IMG/VR virus record: IMGVR_UViG_3300035162_004754
Coordinates: 1-64,000 of that record
Origin: a virus
DNA: 64,000 nucleotides
Reading direction: 5' to 3' (one strand)
Positions 47,109-56,145 of this stretch are shown piece by piece. The notes below the pieces were generated by a model. The model did no database searches, was not told the origin of the DNA, and saw only the letters and a list, made by a program, of their open reading frames with translations. A program made the translations under genes and the position numbers. Within the stretch, counting starts at the first letter, position 1, and each line of letters begins with the position of its first letter.

Positions 47109-47942
47109 ATGACTAACAATTATGAAGCGATTGCACTTGCATCATCTACGGAAGTTTTGGATGATAAAAATGAATTCATGTTCAAAGTTCTCAATGAAGC
47201 AAATCGATGGATTGAAAGTGAAGTAGAACTTGCACAAGGTCGTTCAGATTTTCAAATTGAAAAGTTTATTGTTCATGATAGTTTTACTATTCCATCTGCA
47301 TTTAAATCTGCTTTAATTAATCGTAAGAGTGTGGCAGAAAATCTTCTTTCAAAAATTATTGATGCAAAGAAAGAAGCAAGAGAGTTTCATTATAAGTGGG
47401 AAGGAAAGGATAAGACACAACCAATCTGGTGGAAGACCCGTGATGGTGGTGAAGAATTATGTTGGTATGATATTGATGAGTTTCATTTTCATCGTATGCT
47501 TGAGGGACTTAATCACGGTTTCAAAGCATCGGTCCAAGAACTTGAATGTTTTGATAAATTGATTAGTCGTTTGATTGAACTGAATGGTGGTAAATTAGTA
47601 AGCAAAGAACAATTTGATGCAGACCAACCAGATTATTGGGAGAGAAGACTTTCGAATCAATCTATTGATGATTTGTTTGCCGCAAAAACTGGTGTGAATG
47701 CAGGTAATATTCGTTCTATGAGAAGAGCAAGTGCTCCTACTGTATTAGGAAATGATGTAAATAGAACTAAAGGATCATTTGGTGATCCAACTAATCCTCT
47801 TGACTTTCTGAATAAACTTCAAGAGAATGTTTCTGCCGGTATTTCTGAAATTACTGGTATGGATCAAAAAATTCTTTCATCTATTGAGGAAGAACAAAAA
47901 CAATTTAATGGATCATTATTTAACCAAGAATTAAAACAGTAA
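47109..47942 (+). CDS. Hypothetical helical protein within the propeller cluster
   Basis: ORF track; late promoter TATAAATA at 47075-47082. Confidence 0.75.
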   Translation: MTNNYEAIALASSTEVLDDKNEFMFKVLNEANRWIESEVELAQGRSDFQIEKFIVHDSFTIPSAFKSALINRKSVAENLLSKIIDAKKEAREFHYKWEGKDKTQPIWWKTRDGGEELCWYDIDEFHFHRMLEGLNHGFKASVQELECFDKLISRLIELNGGKLVSKEQFDADQPDYWERRLSNQSIDDLFAAKTGVNAGNIRSMRRASAPTVLGNDVNRTKGSFGDPTNPLDFLNKLQENVSAGISEITGMDQKILSSIEEEQKQFNGSLFNQELKQ

Positions 47943-47948
47943 AATCTT

Positions 47949-49850
47949 ATGGCTATCATAGGAGACGTATTTGGATTAACTTCTATTTACGAGAGACAAG
48001 TAGAAAATATTGCAAACGACAACTTTGAGAGTTGGCCGGAGAGTGCTACTTATGGTTACTTTGCTGGTGGTTCTAATCCACCTTCGTCTCCTTCTTATGT
48101 TGCCACAGTAGATCGTATTGATTTCTTGAATGAAACTGCATCACTACCAGGTAATGATTTACCTTCAGGAAGAAAAAGTTTCGGAGAAGTCTCAAGTAGT
48201 TCTTATGGTTACTTTGGTGGAGGTTATGATGGTTCGAACCATATTAATACAATAAACCGTCTTGATTTTTCGAATGAAACTTTTTCGGCACCAGGTAATA
48301 ATTTATCTCAAGTAAGACAGGGTTTAGGAGGAACTCAAAGTAGTTCTTATGGTTACTTTGCTGGTGGATCAGATCCAGCTGTGTCTCCATCTTATGTTGC
48401 CACAGTAGATCGTATTGATTTCTCTAGTGAAACAATGTCAACACCAGGTAATAATTTACCTTCAGGAAGAAAGGATATTGGAACATCTCAAAGCAGTTCT
48501 TATGGTTACTTTGGTGGTGGTTATGATGGTTCGAACCATATTAATACAATAAACCGTCTTGATTTCTCTAGTGAAACTTTTTCGGCACCGGGTAATAATC
48601 TATCTCAAGTAAGACAGGGTTTAGCAGCAACCCAAAGTAGTTCTTATGGTTACTTTGGTGGTGGATCTGATCCAGCTGTGTCTCCATCTTATGTTGCCAC
48701 AGTAGATCGTATTGATTTCTTGAATGAAACTGCATCACTACCAGGTAATAATTTACCTTCAGGAAGAAAGGATATTGGAACAGTCTCAAGTAGTTCTTAT
48801 GGTTACTTTGGTGGAGGTTATGATGGTTCGAACCATATTAATACAATAAACCGTCTTGATTTTTCGAATGAAACTTTTTCGGCACCAGGTAATAATTTAT
48901 CTCAAGTAAGGCAGGGTTTAGGAGGAGTATCCGGAGGAGCATCATACCGAATAAAAGGATCAAGAACTTATGGTTACTTTGGTGGTGGTGATACTGCGCC
49001 TGGAGCACCTGGTAGTGTAGCAACAGTAGACCGTATTGATTTCTCGAATGAGACTACATCGGCACCAGGTAATGATCTAACTCAAGCAAGACGTGCGTCC
49101 GCAGCAACCGAAAGTAGTTTTTATGGATACTTTGGTGGTGGTTTTGCTCCACCTAACGTGGACACAATAGACCGTATTGATTTCTCTAATGAAACTGTAT
49201 CGGCACCAGGTAAGGATCTACCTGTAGCAAACCAGGGTTTAGCAGCAGTCTCAAGTAGTTCTTATGGTTACTTTGGTGGTGGTGCTTCTCCCAGCTCGAC
49301 TGCCGTAGTAAACCGTTTTGATTTCTCTAGTGAAACTTTCTCGGCACCAGGAAATGATCTAACTCAAGCAAGAAATAATTTAGCAGCAGTCTCAAATAGT
49401 TCTTATGGTTACTTTGGTGGTGGTGGTTATCCTGAAAAATCAACAGTAGATCGTATTGATTTCTCGAATGAAACTGTATCGGCACCGGGTAATAATCTAC
49501 CTTCGGGGAGACATGGTTTAGGAGCAGTCTCAGGTAACTCTTATGGTTACTTTGCTGGTGGAGAAAATTATGTCAGTCCATCTACTAGCTATCGTGCTGA
49601 TGTATTTCGTATGGATTTCTCGAATGAAACTTTTGCAGGAATCGTTGCTGCAAATAATTTACCCGTGAAGAAATTTGGTACAGCAGGAACCTCAAGTAAT
49701 TCTTATGGTTACTTTGGTGGTGGTAATGGTCTTCCTTCACCCAGTTATCTTGCCACAGTAGATCGTATTGATTTCACTACTCATATTTGTTCAGCAACAG
49801 GAAATAATCTACCTCAAGCAAGAAGTAGTTTAGCAGCAGTATCAAACTGA
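47949..49850 (+). CDS. Kelch-like double beta-propeller repeat protein 3 (12 blades)
   Basis: Same repeat and linker; first half is an (AB)3 blade pattern. Confidence 0.85.
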   Translation: MAIIGDVFGLTSIYERQVENIANDNFESWPESATYGYFAGGSNPPSSPSYVATVDRIDFLNETASLPGNDLPSGRKSFGEVSSSSYGYFGGGYDGSNHINTINRLDFSNETFSAPGNNLSQVRQGLGGTQSSSYGYFAGGSDPAVSPSYVATVDRIDFSSETMSTPGNNLPSGRKDIGTSQSSSYGYFGGGYDGSNHINTINRLDFSSETFSAPGNNLSQVRQGLAATQSSSYGYFGGGSDPAVSPSYVATVDRIDFLNETASLPGNNLPSGRKDIGTVSSSSYGYFGGGYDGSNHINTINRLDFSNETFSAPGNNLSQVRQGLGGVSGGASYRIKGSRTYGYFGGGDTAPGAPGSVATVDRIDFSNETTSAPGNDLTQARRASAATESSFYGYFGGGFAPPNVDTIDRIDFSNETVSAPGKDLPVANQGLAAVSSSSYGYFGGGASPSSTAVVNRFDFSSETFSAPGNDLTQARNNLAAVSNSSYGYFGGGGYPEKSTVDRIDFSNETVSAPGNNLPSGRHGLGAVSGNSYGYFAGGENYVSPSTSYRADVFRMDFSNETFAGIVAANNLPVKKFGTAGTSSNSYGYFGGGNGLPSPSYLATVDRIDFTTHICSATGNNLPQARSSLAAVSN

Positions 49851-49881
49851 CACTAAATAGAAATACTTATATTATTATGAT

Positions 49882-50544
49882 ATGAATGATATACTTAGAA
49901 ATGTATTGATACAACCAAAAGTTGTATCAAAAGAAGGAATTGATTTCTTAGTTAATCATGCAAAAAATGCACCCAAAGATAAAATGGGTGTATTTGATGG
50001 AGAGAAAGCAAATCAAAACAAAGAAGGTCATCCATCAAGAGTTGATTTGAATGTAAGAAATGTAGATTGCTCTGATACTTCAAAAATTATTGAAGAGATT
50101 AAAGAACTTTATAATAATATTGTTCATCACGTAATCAATCCTTTTTATGAGTTTAAAATAAGAGATAGTGAGTCTCCTCAGTTACTCATATATGAACCAG
50201 GAGGACACTATAAATCTCATTATGATGCAGTATCAAGGTGGAAAAACCCTGATGGATCTATTATCTGGAAGAAGTCTGTAGATAGAGATTTATCAACTAT
50301 TCTTTTTTTAAATGATGATTTTGAAGGTGGAGAATTTGTATTCCCAGATCTCAGAGTACGTATCAAACCAGAACCAGGTTTATTAGTTGCCTTTCCATCT
50401 TCACAGTTTTATCTCCATAAAGTAGAACCAGTAATTTCAGGAACTCGTTATGCAATGGTAAACTGGATGACCGTTCAAGGTATGCCTACTAAAGCGGAGA
50501 TTGATAAAGAGATAGAAGATAAATACAATATAAATGTGTACTGA
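49882..50544 (+). CDS. 2OG-Fe(II) oxygenase, prolyl 4-hydroxylase-like
   Basis: Y..GGHY..HYD, RDLS.ILFLNDDFEGGE, H.V.PV.SG.RY. Confidence 0.9.
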   Translation: MNDILRNVLIQPKVVSKEGIDFLVNHAKNAPKDKMGVFDGEKANQNKEGHPSRVDLNVRNVDCSDTSKIIEEIKELYNNIVHHVINPFYEFKIRDSESPQLLIYEPGGHYKSHYDAVSRWKNPDGSIIWKKSVDRDLSTILFLNDDFEGGEFVFPDLRVRIKPEPGLLVAFPSSQFYLHKVEPVISGTRYAMVNWMTVQGMPTKAEIDKEIEDKYNINVY

Positions 50545-50549
50545 TAAAA

Positions 50550-51278
50550 ATGTCTCAATTAATTAAACACTTTTTAGTGGATAGAGATACTGGAGAATGG
50601 ATAAAGGGTAAAATTAGAGGGTATATATTTCCAAACTTAAAGGGATTGGAAATTGTTTATCGTTTAACTGATGTAAATGGAGATCATATCTGCCTATCAA
50701 AAGTTCCAGAGTATTTTGAGTATTCGAAAACTGTAACTCCAAGTGTCTTAACTGAATATCAAAATGATTCAAATATTACAGTAGTAAGTTCTACTGAAAA
50801 GCAGGTTGAAGAACCTATTCTAAACGAAGAAACTGGAGAACCAACAGGTGAAACAACTACAGTAACTTTGCATGATGTAACTTATAGAGAAGCATATACT
50901 ATTGTAGAAAACGATGGACTCAAAATTTTAACTCAAGAACAATGGAACACTGAGATTTCTAATTATGATGCAAGACAAACTGAAAAAAGATATAGTGAAA
51001 TAAGAATAGTTAGAGATGAAGTTTTGAAAGATACTGATTGGATGGTTACAAAGACAACAGAGAGTGGGAGTAATTTATCAGATGAATTTAAGAATTGGAG
51101 AACCACTCTAAGAGATTTACCATCTGTTGGAATTACAACAGACACTTTCCCAGCAACTCCAGATTCAATTCAATTTGATCAGAATATAACTAAAGACTAT
51201 TCCCAAAAATTAAGATCTATTGTATTGATTAATGATACTCTTCCTGCATTGCCTGAAGAGGATTTAGGTGGTGAGTAA
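50550..51278 (+). CDS. Tail fibre assembly chaperone-like protein
   Basis: IR..RD..L..TDW......WR..LRDLP motif. Confidence 0.75.
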   Translation: MSQLIKHFLVDRDTGEWIKGKIRGYIFPNLKGLEIVYRLTDVNGDHICLSKVPEYFEYSKTVTPSVLTEYQNDSNITVVSSTEKQVEEPILNEETGEPTGETTTVTLHDVTYREAYTIVENDGLKILTQEQWNTEISNYDARQTEKRYSEIRIVRDEVLKDTDWMVTKTTESGSNLSDEFKNWRTTLRDLPSVGITTDTFPATPDSIQFDQNITKDYSQKLRSIVLINDTLPALPEEDLGGE

Positions 51279-51842
51279 GTCGTAACACTTTTGGTCCTTA
51301 TCATAAGCATATTCGGCATAAGGACCATTCTTTCTTACATAATGTAGGAACAATTGCATAAAACTATCATTTTTATGAGTTCTTAGTGGACTTCTCCAAT
51401 GAGGAACAATTGTTCCTAAGTATGCAACACCATCACCTGTAGGAGTCACAACTTCTCTGCGTTTTCCCGTAAGATCTTTAAGTTTAATCGGCCATTTTGC
51501 ATCACCAGAAATATTCATAGTAACTGATACCTCACAAGAAGGTCTATCAGTATGACAATTCATCCATCCTTTATTATGATAAGTTGTCGTGAACCAGTAA
51601 GAAGGAATGAGTTCTTCCCCTAATAGTTCTTCGAGAATTGGTTTGACTCTATGAACTACAAATGTTGATGATCGTGGAGCATAACAAGTTAACACTCTTC
51701 CTCTTTCTTTATCCCAGTGCCCTTCAAGAGATCCTAAATCACTTATGGCACCACAAATATTTTGATACTTAATCTTTATTGCTTCTTCTTTGGTAATAAT
51801 TTCGGGAAGGTAATACCAACCTTTGTCAGAGAAACTGCTCAT
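51264..51842 (-). CDS. 2OG-Fe(II) oxygenase
   Basis: HTDRPSCEVSVT, GD...Y.G....HWR, QLFLHYV. Confidence 0.8.
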   Translation of the reverse strand: MSSFSDKGWYYLPEIITKEEAIKIKYQNICGAISDLGSLEGHWDKERGRVLTCYAPRSSTFVVHRVKPILEELLGEELIPSYWFTTTYHNKGWMNCHTDRPSCEVSVTMNISGDAKWPIKLKDLTGKRREVVTPTGDGVAYLGTIVPHWRSPLRTHKNDSFMQLFLHYVRKNGPYAEYAYDKDQKCYDLLTT

Positions 51843-51927
51843 TATAAAAATTTATTCTTATTATTATTTATTATACATTTAATGATATAATAGGAGAATA
51901 ATATCAATTAAAAAATTAATAATTAAA

Positions 51928-52170
51928 ATGAACTTTATTGTATACACAAAAGAAAATTGTCCCCACTGTTATAAGATTAAACAAGTATTGGAATTGACTG
52001 GCACAAATTTTGCATCCTATAAACTTGAAGAGGACTTTACAAGAGAAGAATTCTATGCTAAATTTGGCAAAGGTTCTACTTTTCCACAGGTAGTATGTGA
52101 CAATAAAAAATTGGGAGGCTGTGTTGACACAATCAAATTCCTCAGAGAACATCAAGTCATCAAGTCTTAA
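51928..52170 (+). CDS. nrdC: Glutaredoxin
   Basis: CPHC, TFPQV, LGGC. Confidence 0.9.
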   Translation: MNFIVYTKENCPHCYKIKQVLELTGTNFASYKLEEDFTREEFYAKFGKGSTFPQVVCDNKKLGGCVDTIKFLREHQVIKS

Positions 52171-52375
52171 CATAAATAAAAATGAAGACCACAGAAATCG
52201 TGGTATTGAATTTTTACTTAATGGGGGAAAAAGAAAGCAAACAGAACCATTTCATATTATCTTTGAAAAGATGGTAAGCTTTCTAAAACGGGAAGTAACT
52301 ATCTATTTTGAATTTTCCATCAGAACACGGAAAATAGAGGTAACTACCCGGAGTAAAAAAGATGTTAGCAACTAG
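52097..52375 (+). CDS. Hypothetical protein
   Basis: ORF track; start uncertain. Confidence 0.5.
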   Translation: MTIKNWEAVLTQSNSSENIKSSSLNINKNEDHRNRGIEFLLNGGKRKQTEPFHIIFEKMVSFLKREVTIYFEFSIRTRKIEVTTRSKKDVSN

Positions 52376-52589
52376 TTTAGTATTTGGATCATTTTTGACT
52401 ATTCTATTTCTCATGATGGGACTGATGATTGGTTGGACTGCTAGAGAATACATGATGAACTATCGGGAGGCACCAAGATATCATCCCGAAATGTTTGATG
52501 AGCAAGGAAATCTAATTCCAGATGAAGTAATCGCATTTAATTTTGAAAACTATGACGACAGTAACGAAGAAGAAAACGACAACGACTAA
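52362..52589 (+). CDS. Conserved membrane protein (HPEMFD..GN)
   Basis: TM helix followed by HPEMFDEQGNL. Confidence 0.75.
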   Translation: MLATSLVFGSFLTILFLMMGLMIGWTAREYMMNYREAPRYHPEMFDEQGNLIPDEVIAFNFENYDDSNEEENDND

Positions 52590-53133
52590 GGCAGTATCAT
52601 TAGAACTTCCAAGAAATCCATTTGTCTTTGAAGTTTTAGATCTTCTTTCCAAACAGAGAAGTAAGGCAAAGAAGATTGAAGTTCTGAAGAAGTATGAACA
52701 CGTTTCTTTGAAGGCAACATTAATTTGGAACTTTGATGAAAGTATAATTTCTGTTCTTCCTGAAGGGGAGGTTCCCTATTCTGGATTTGAGGATCAGGCA
52801 TCATCAAATGGAACTTTGAGCACTAAAATCTCAGAAGAAGTTCGTAGAATGCACGAAACTGACTCATTTTCAATGGGTTCGAGCGATAAGAATGGACATA
52901 CTACAATTCGTAGAGAGTATAAAAACTTCTATCACTTTATTAAGGGTGGTAATGATAGTATGAATAGTGTTCGTCGTGAAACGATGTTCATTAATATTCT
53001 TGAGGGACTTCATCCATTAGAGGCTGAAATTATTTGTCTATGTAAGGATAAAAAACTTTCTGAAAGATATAAAATCACAAAGGAACTTGTGAGTGAAGCA
53101 TATCCAGACATTACTTGGGGCAATCGTTCATAA
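52552..53133 (+). CDS. Conserved T4-like hypothetical protein
   Basis: LPEGEVPY and RRETMFINILEGLHPLEAE motifs. Confidence 0.8.
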   Translation: MTTVTKKKTTTTKAVSLELPRNPFVFEVLDLLSKQRSKAKKIEVLKKYEHVSLKATLIWNFDESIISVLPEGEVPYSGFEDQASSNGTLSTKISEEVRRMHETDSFSMGSSDKNGHTTIRREYKNFYHFIKGGNDSMNSVRRETMFINILEGLHPLEAEIICLCKDKKLSERYKITKELVSEAYPDITWGNRS

Positions 53134-53135
53134 TT

Positions 53136-53495
53136 ATGGCAAATCAATTGGGAGATGCTCCTACTAAAATAGAAGAGGAACAGTCTATGACCTCCTGGAC
53201 ACCATCAGAAAAAGAAAATTCTAAATCCTTATATGGATGTGAAATTCTGATAGAGAATGGAACTTGGGAACAAGTATCCACTAAAGATTGTCCTAATGAT
53301 GCAATGATAATCACTTATGTGGTTGATGGAGAAACGAGATATGATTTGACTCGTAGTCAGAAAGAAGTTCGTATATTTAATATGTATTGGGATAAGTTTC
53401 GTGAGAATTTAAAGGGCATTGGTTTTGGTATGGGAAGAACCAATCCAAAACTATGGGGAATAGAACCACCACCCCCAACCAAAAAGCGGAAATAA
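53136..53495 (+). CDS. Conserved cyanophage hypothetical protein
   Basis: ORF track, start moved to ATG 53136; GRTNPKLWG. Confidence 0.75.
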   Translation: MANQLGDAPTKIEEEQSMTSWTPSEKENSKSLYGCEILIENGTWEQVSTKDCPNDAMIITYVVDGETRYDLTRSQKEVRIFNMYWDKFRENLKGIGFGMGRTNPKLWGIEPPPPTKKRK

Positions 53496-53559
53496 TTCCA
53501 AAATATTGGCAAAAAAAATCCCGGCAATTTTTTGGTCTGTAGGGATTTTCAGAAACCTC

Positions 53560-53588
53560 TTGACTAAATAGGGTATAGGGTCTATAAT
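53560..53588 (+). promoter_or_regulatory. sigma70-type promoter
   Basis: TTGACT-17 nt-TATAAT. Confidence 0.8.
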
Positions 53589-53594
53589 GGACCT

Positions 53595-53821
53595 ATCGTT
53601 CATCAGAGGAAACTCTGACGCAAGTAAGTCGCGGAACGGAGCGTTCATCCCATGTTTGATATACTACTGTATACCACCCTCACTTGTTCTCAATCTAATG
53701 CAATTATGTTGCGGATGAAACAGAACGAAAATATTCCTCCCGAATATGAGGTGGAATTAATTGAGGTCATGAAGGAATCAAATCCTGATTGTTATTGGGA
53801 CGCAATCGACTGAAGGAACGG
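53595..53821 (+). ncRNA. Glutamine-riboswitch-like (glnA/Downstream-peptide class) tandem RNA
   Basis: Two CGTTCATC...GACGCAA...GGAACG units; AGTAAG and CTGAAG E-loop halves; upstream of a YRG peptide gene. Confidence 0.7.
53652..53813 (+). CDS. 53-aa ORF nested in the second aptamer (MFDILLYTTLTC...CYWDAID)
   Basis: Hand translation; GGAG RBS at 53638-53641. Confidence 0.6.
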   Translation: MFDILLYTTLTCSQSNAIMLRMKQNENIPPEYEVELIEVMKESNPDCYWDAID

Positions 53822-53883
53822 GAAAACACGGATCCATCGAAAGATGAGAAGGTTAATTTTCACCCAACTTCAGGAGTAAACAA

Positions 53884-54051
53884 ATGAACACACTTCAAAT
53901 GATTAAAAAGCAGATCAACAAAGCATCTGCACTGCATGACGCACAAGTTCTTCACACCTCATATCGTGGTGTTGAGTATGATACTCGTTGTGTAAAATCA
54001 AACGAAACACACGGTACATTCTGTTATCGTGGTCGTGTCTACAATAAGTGA
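53884..54051 (+). CDS. DUF4278-like YRG-motif peptide (55 aa)
   Basis: MNTLQMIKKQINKASALHDAQVLHTSYRGVEY...FCYRGRVYNK; AGGAG RBS. Confidence 0.75.
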   Translation: MNTLQMIKKQINKASALHDAQVLHTSYRGVEYDTRCVKSNETHGTFCYRGRVYNK

Positions 54052-54071
54052 GTCACTTACGTTAAAATTGT

Positions 54072-54099
54072 TAGGGGGGTTGCAAGACCCTCTTTTTTT
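54072..54099 (+). terminator. Intrinsic terminator
   Basis: AGGGGGGTT-GCAA-GACCCTCT followed by T run. Confidence 0.75.
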
Positions 54100-54130
54100 A
54101 TGCTATAATCAATTGAAATATCGCAGTATT

Positions 54131-54307
54131 ATGGAGAAAGAAAGGCTAAAACTAATTGTTCGAAATCTTGAATTGCTTATTGATTCTCTAAAGGCAGAAG
54201 TTTATTCTGATGTTAATGTGCATACCACAAAGCAAGAAAATTTTGATGATCCATCCTCTGATTATATTTTAGATTACGACGAAGTTTTTGAGGATGATGA
54301 TGGATAA
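54131..54307 (+). CDS. Conserved cyanophage hypothetical protein
   Basis: MEKERLKLIVRNLELL..SLK.EVYSD; start moved to ATG 54131. Confidence 0.7.
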   Translation: MEKERLKLIVRNLELLIDSLKAEVYSDVNVHTTKQENFDDPSSDYILDYDEVFEDDDG

Positions 54308-54479
54308 TCGCACTAAAATCAAAAAGGTTAAAGATCTTGCAAAACTATTTGAAAGATTAATAGCACAAGATCATCTTTACAGTGAAGAACGTATTGTAGA
54401 GATGAAAGAAGCTCTTTCTGCGATAAAGAAGCAAATCACAGAAATGGAAAAACAAAATTATAAAGGATTTGGAGCATGA
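54300..54479 (+). CDS. Conserved hypothetical protein (KGFG C-terminus)
   Basis: ORF track; coupled to thyX. Confidence 0.65.
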   Translation: MDNRTKIKKVKDLAKLFERLIAQDHLYSEERIVEMKEALSAIKKQITEMEKQNYKGFGA

Positions 54480-55111
54480 ATGTAAAATTAATCAGTGTTA
54501 CACCTGATGCAGAGAAAATGATGGGATATGTGGCACGAGTGTCAAATCCTTCTAATCAAGAGAATCCAAAGGTTGCTGGTCTTCTTAAGTATTGCGTCAA
54601 ACATCAACACTGGAGTGTCTTTGAGCAGTCATTCATGACTCTTGAGATAGAGACTACAAGAGGACTGGCAGCTCAAATCTTGCGCCATCGGAGTTTTACA
54701 TTCCAGGAGTTTTCACAACGGTATGCAGATTCATCGATGCTTGCCGATACTATTCCTCTGTTTGATTTGAGACGACAAGACACAAAGAATCGTCAAAATT
54801 CTATTGATGATATTAATCCCCATACTCGTCAAAATTTTGAAATGAAGATTCAAAAGCACTTTGATGATGCTATGCAACTGTATCAAGAAATGCTTGCTGC
54901 TGGAATTGCAAAGGAATGTTCAAGATTTGTGCTTCCCTTGGCAGTACCAACCAGAATTTACATGAGTGGTTCATGTCGTTCATGGGTTCATTATATCGAT
55001 TTGCGTTCTGCTCACGGAACTCAAAAAGAGCACATGGATATTGCAGAAGCATGTAAAAAAGTTTTTGTAGAACAGTTTCCAACAGTAGCAGAAGCTCTGG
55101 AATGGATCTAA
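54476..55111 (+). CDS. thyX: Flavin-dependent thymidylate synthase
   Basis: HWSVFE and QILRHRSFTFQEFSQRY (RHRX7S). Confidence 0.95.
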   Translation: MNVKLISVTPDAEKMMGYVARVSNPSNQENPKVAGLLKYCVKHQHWSVFEQSFMTLEIETTRGLAAQILRHRSFTFQEFSQRYADSSMLADTIPLFDLRRQDTKNRQNSIDDINPHTRQNFEMKIQKHFDDAMQLYQEMLAAGIAKECSRFVLPLAVPTRIYMSGSCRSWVHYIDLRSAHGTQKEHMDIAEACKKVFVEQFPTVAEALEWI

Positions 55112-55135
55112 ATATTTTTATACTGAATTGATAAA

Positions 55136-55384
55136 ATGGCAACATATCCGATTATTAATAAAGAAACTGGTGAACAAAAGGAAATAGTTCTGAGTATTCA
55201 TGAGTGGCCAAAATGGTGCGAAGATAATAGTGATTGGATTCGTGATTGGTCTGACCCCTCTACCGCACCTATGGCAACAGATGTTGGTGAATGGAGAGAT
55301 AAACTTGTGGCAAGAAATCCTGGATGGAATGAAGTTTTAAACAAGGCATCAAAAGCACCAGGTTCGAAAGTATCTAAAATCTAA
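55136..55384 (+). CDS. Conserved hypothetical protein upstream of phoH
   Basis: MATYP....ETGE and GWNEVL.K....PGS. Confidence 0.75.
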   Translation: MATYPIINKETGEQKEIVLSIHEWPKWCEDNSDWIRDWSDPSTAPMATDVGEWRDKLVARNPGWNEVLNKASKAPGSKVSKI

Positions 55385-56145
55385 TGGCAAGAAGAAAAAG
55401 AGCATCTGCAACCGATCAACCCATTGGAGTTGGTCTTACAACAAAGCAGATGAAAAGAAAGAAACCATTAAGTTCTGGATACTTAGTGGATATAGATCCA
55501 CTTAATGATAATCAAAAAAGACTCTTTGATTCTTATAAGGAAGGAAAGCATCTTATTGCATATGGTTGTGCGGGAACAGGAAAGACCTTTATAACCCTCT
55601 TCAATGCACTTAAAGATGTATTAGATGAGAACACTCCTTATGAGAGAATATACCTTGTGAGGTCTCTTGTAGCAACTAGAGAGATTGGGTTTCTTCCTGG
55701 TTCTCATGAAGATAAGGCAGACATCTATCAAATACCATATAAGAATATGGTAAAGTATATGTTCCAGATGCCTTCTGATGCTGATTTTGAGATGTTGTAT
55801 GGTAATCTTAAATCACAGGAATCAATTAAATTCTGGAGCACATCATTCCTTCGTGGAACGACACTTGATAATGCGATTGTAATTGTTGATGAATTTCAGA
55901 ACTTGAATTTTCATGAACTCGATAGTATCATCACTCGTGTTGGTGAAAATACACGGATTTGTTTCTGTGGTGATTCTCGACAGTCAGATTTAAATAAGGC
56001 AAATGAAAGGAATGGTATTGTTGACTTTATGAACATCTTGCGTAAAATGCCTTCTTTTGATATAATTGAGTTTGGAACCGACGATATCGTTCGATCCGGT
56101 CTAGTCAAAGAGTATATCGTTGCAAAAATAGAAGCAGGTTTTTAA
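55384..56145 (+). CDS. phoH: PhoH-family ATPase
   Basis: GCAGTGKT, IGFLPG, FLRGTTL, VDEFQN, GDSRQSDL, DIVRSGLV. Confidence 0.95.
   Translation: MARRKRASATDQPIGVGLTTKQMKRKKPLSSGYLVDIDPLNDNQKRLFDSYKEGKHLIAYGCAGTGKTFITLFNALKDVLDENTPYERIYLVRSLVATREIGFLPGSHEDKADIYQIPYKNMVKYMFQMPSDADFEMLYGNLKSQESIKFWSTSFLRGTTLDNAIVIVDEFQNLNFHELDSIITRVGENTRICFCGDSRQSDLNKANERNGIVDFMNILRKMPSFDIIEFGTDDIVRSGLVKEYIVAKIEAGF

Noticed and set aside
43480-49800. N-x-T/S sequons (NET, NLT/NLS) in nearly every blade as evidence of N-glycosylation
   Set aside because: They are part of the amplified scaffold, so they are not independent observations, and no N-glycosyltransferase was recognised.
43330-49850. CRISPR-like repeat/spacer appearance, or a diversity-generating retroelement
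   Set aside because: Repeats are in-frame coding units of ~140-155 bp; no cas genes, no reverse transcriptase in the window, no non-coding template copy, and variation is not evidently adenine-specific.
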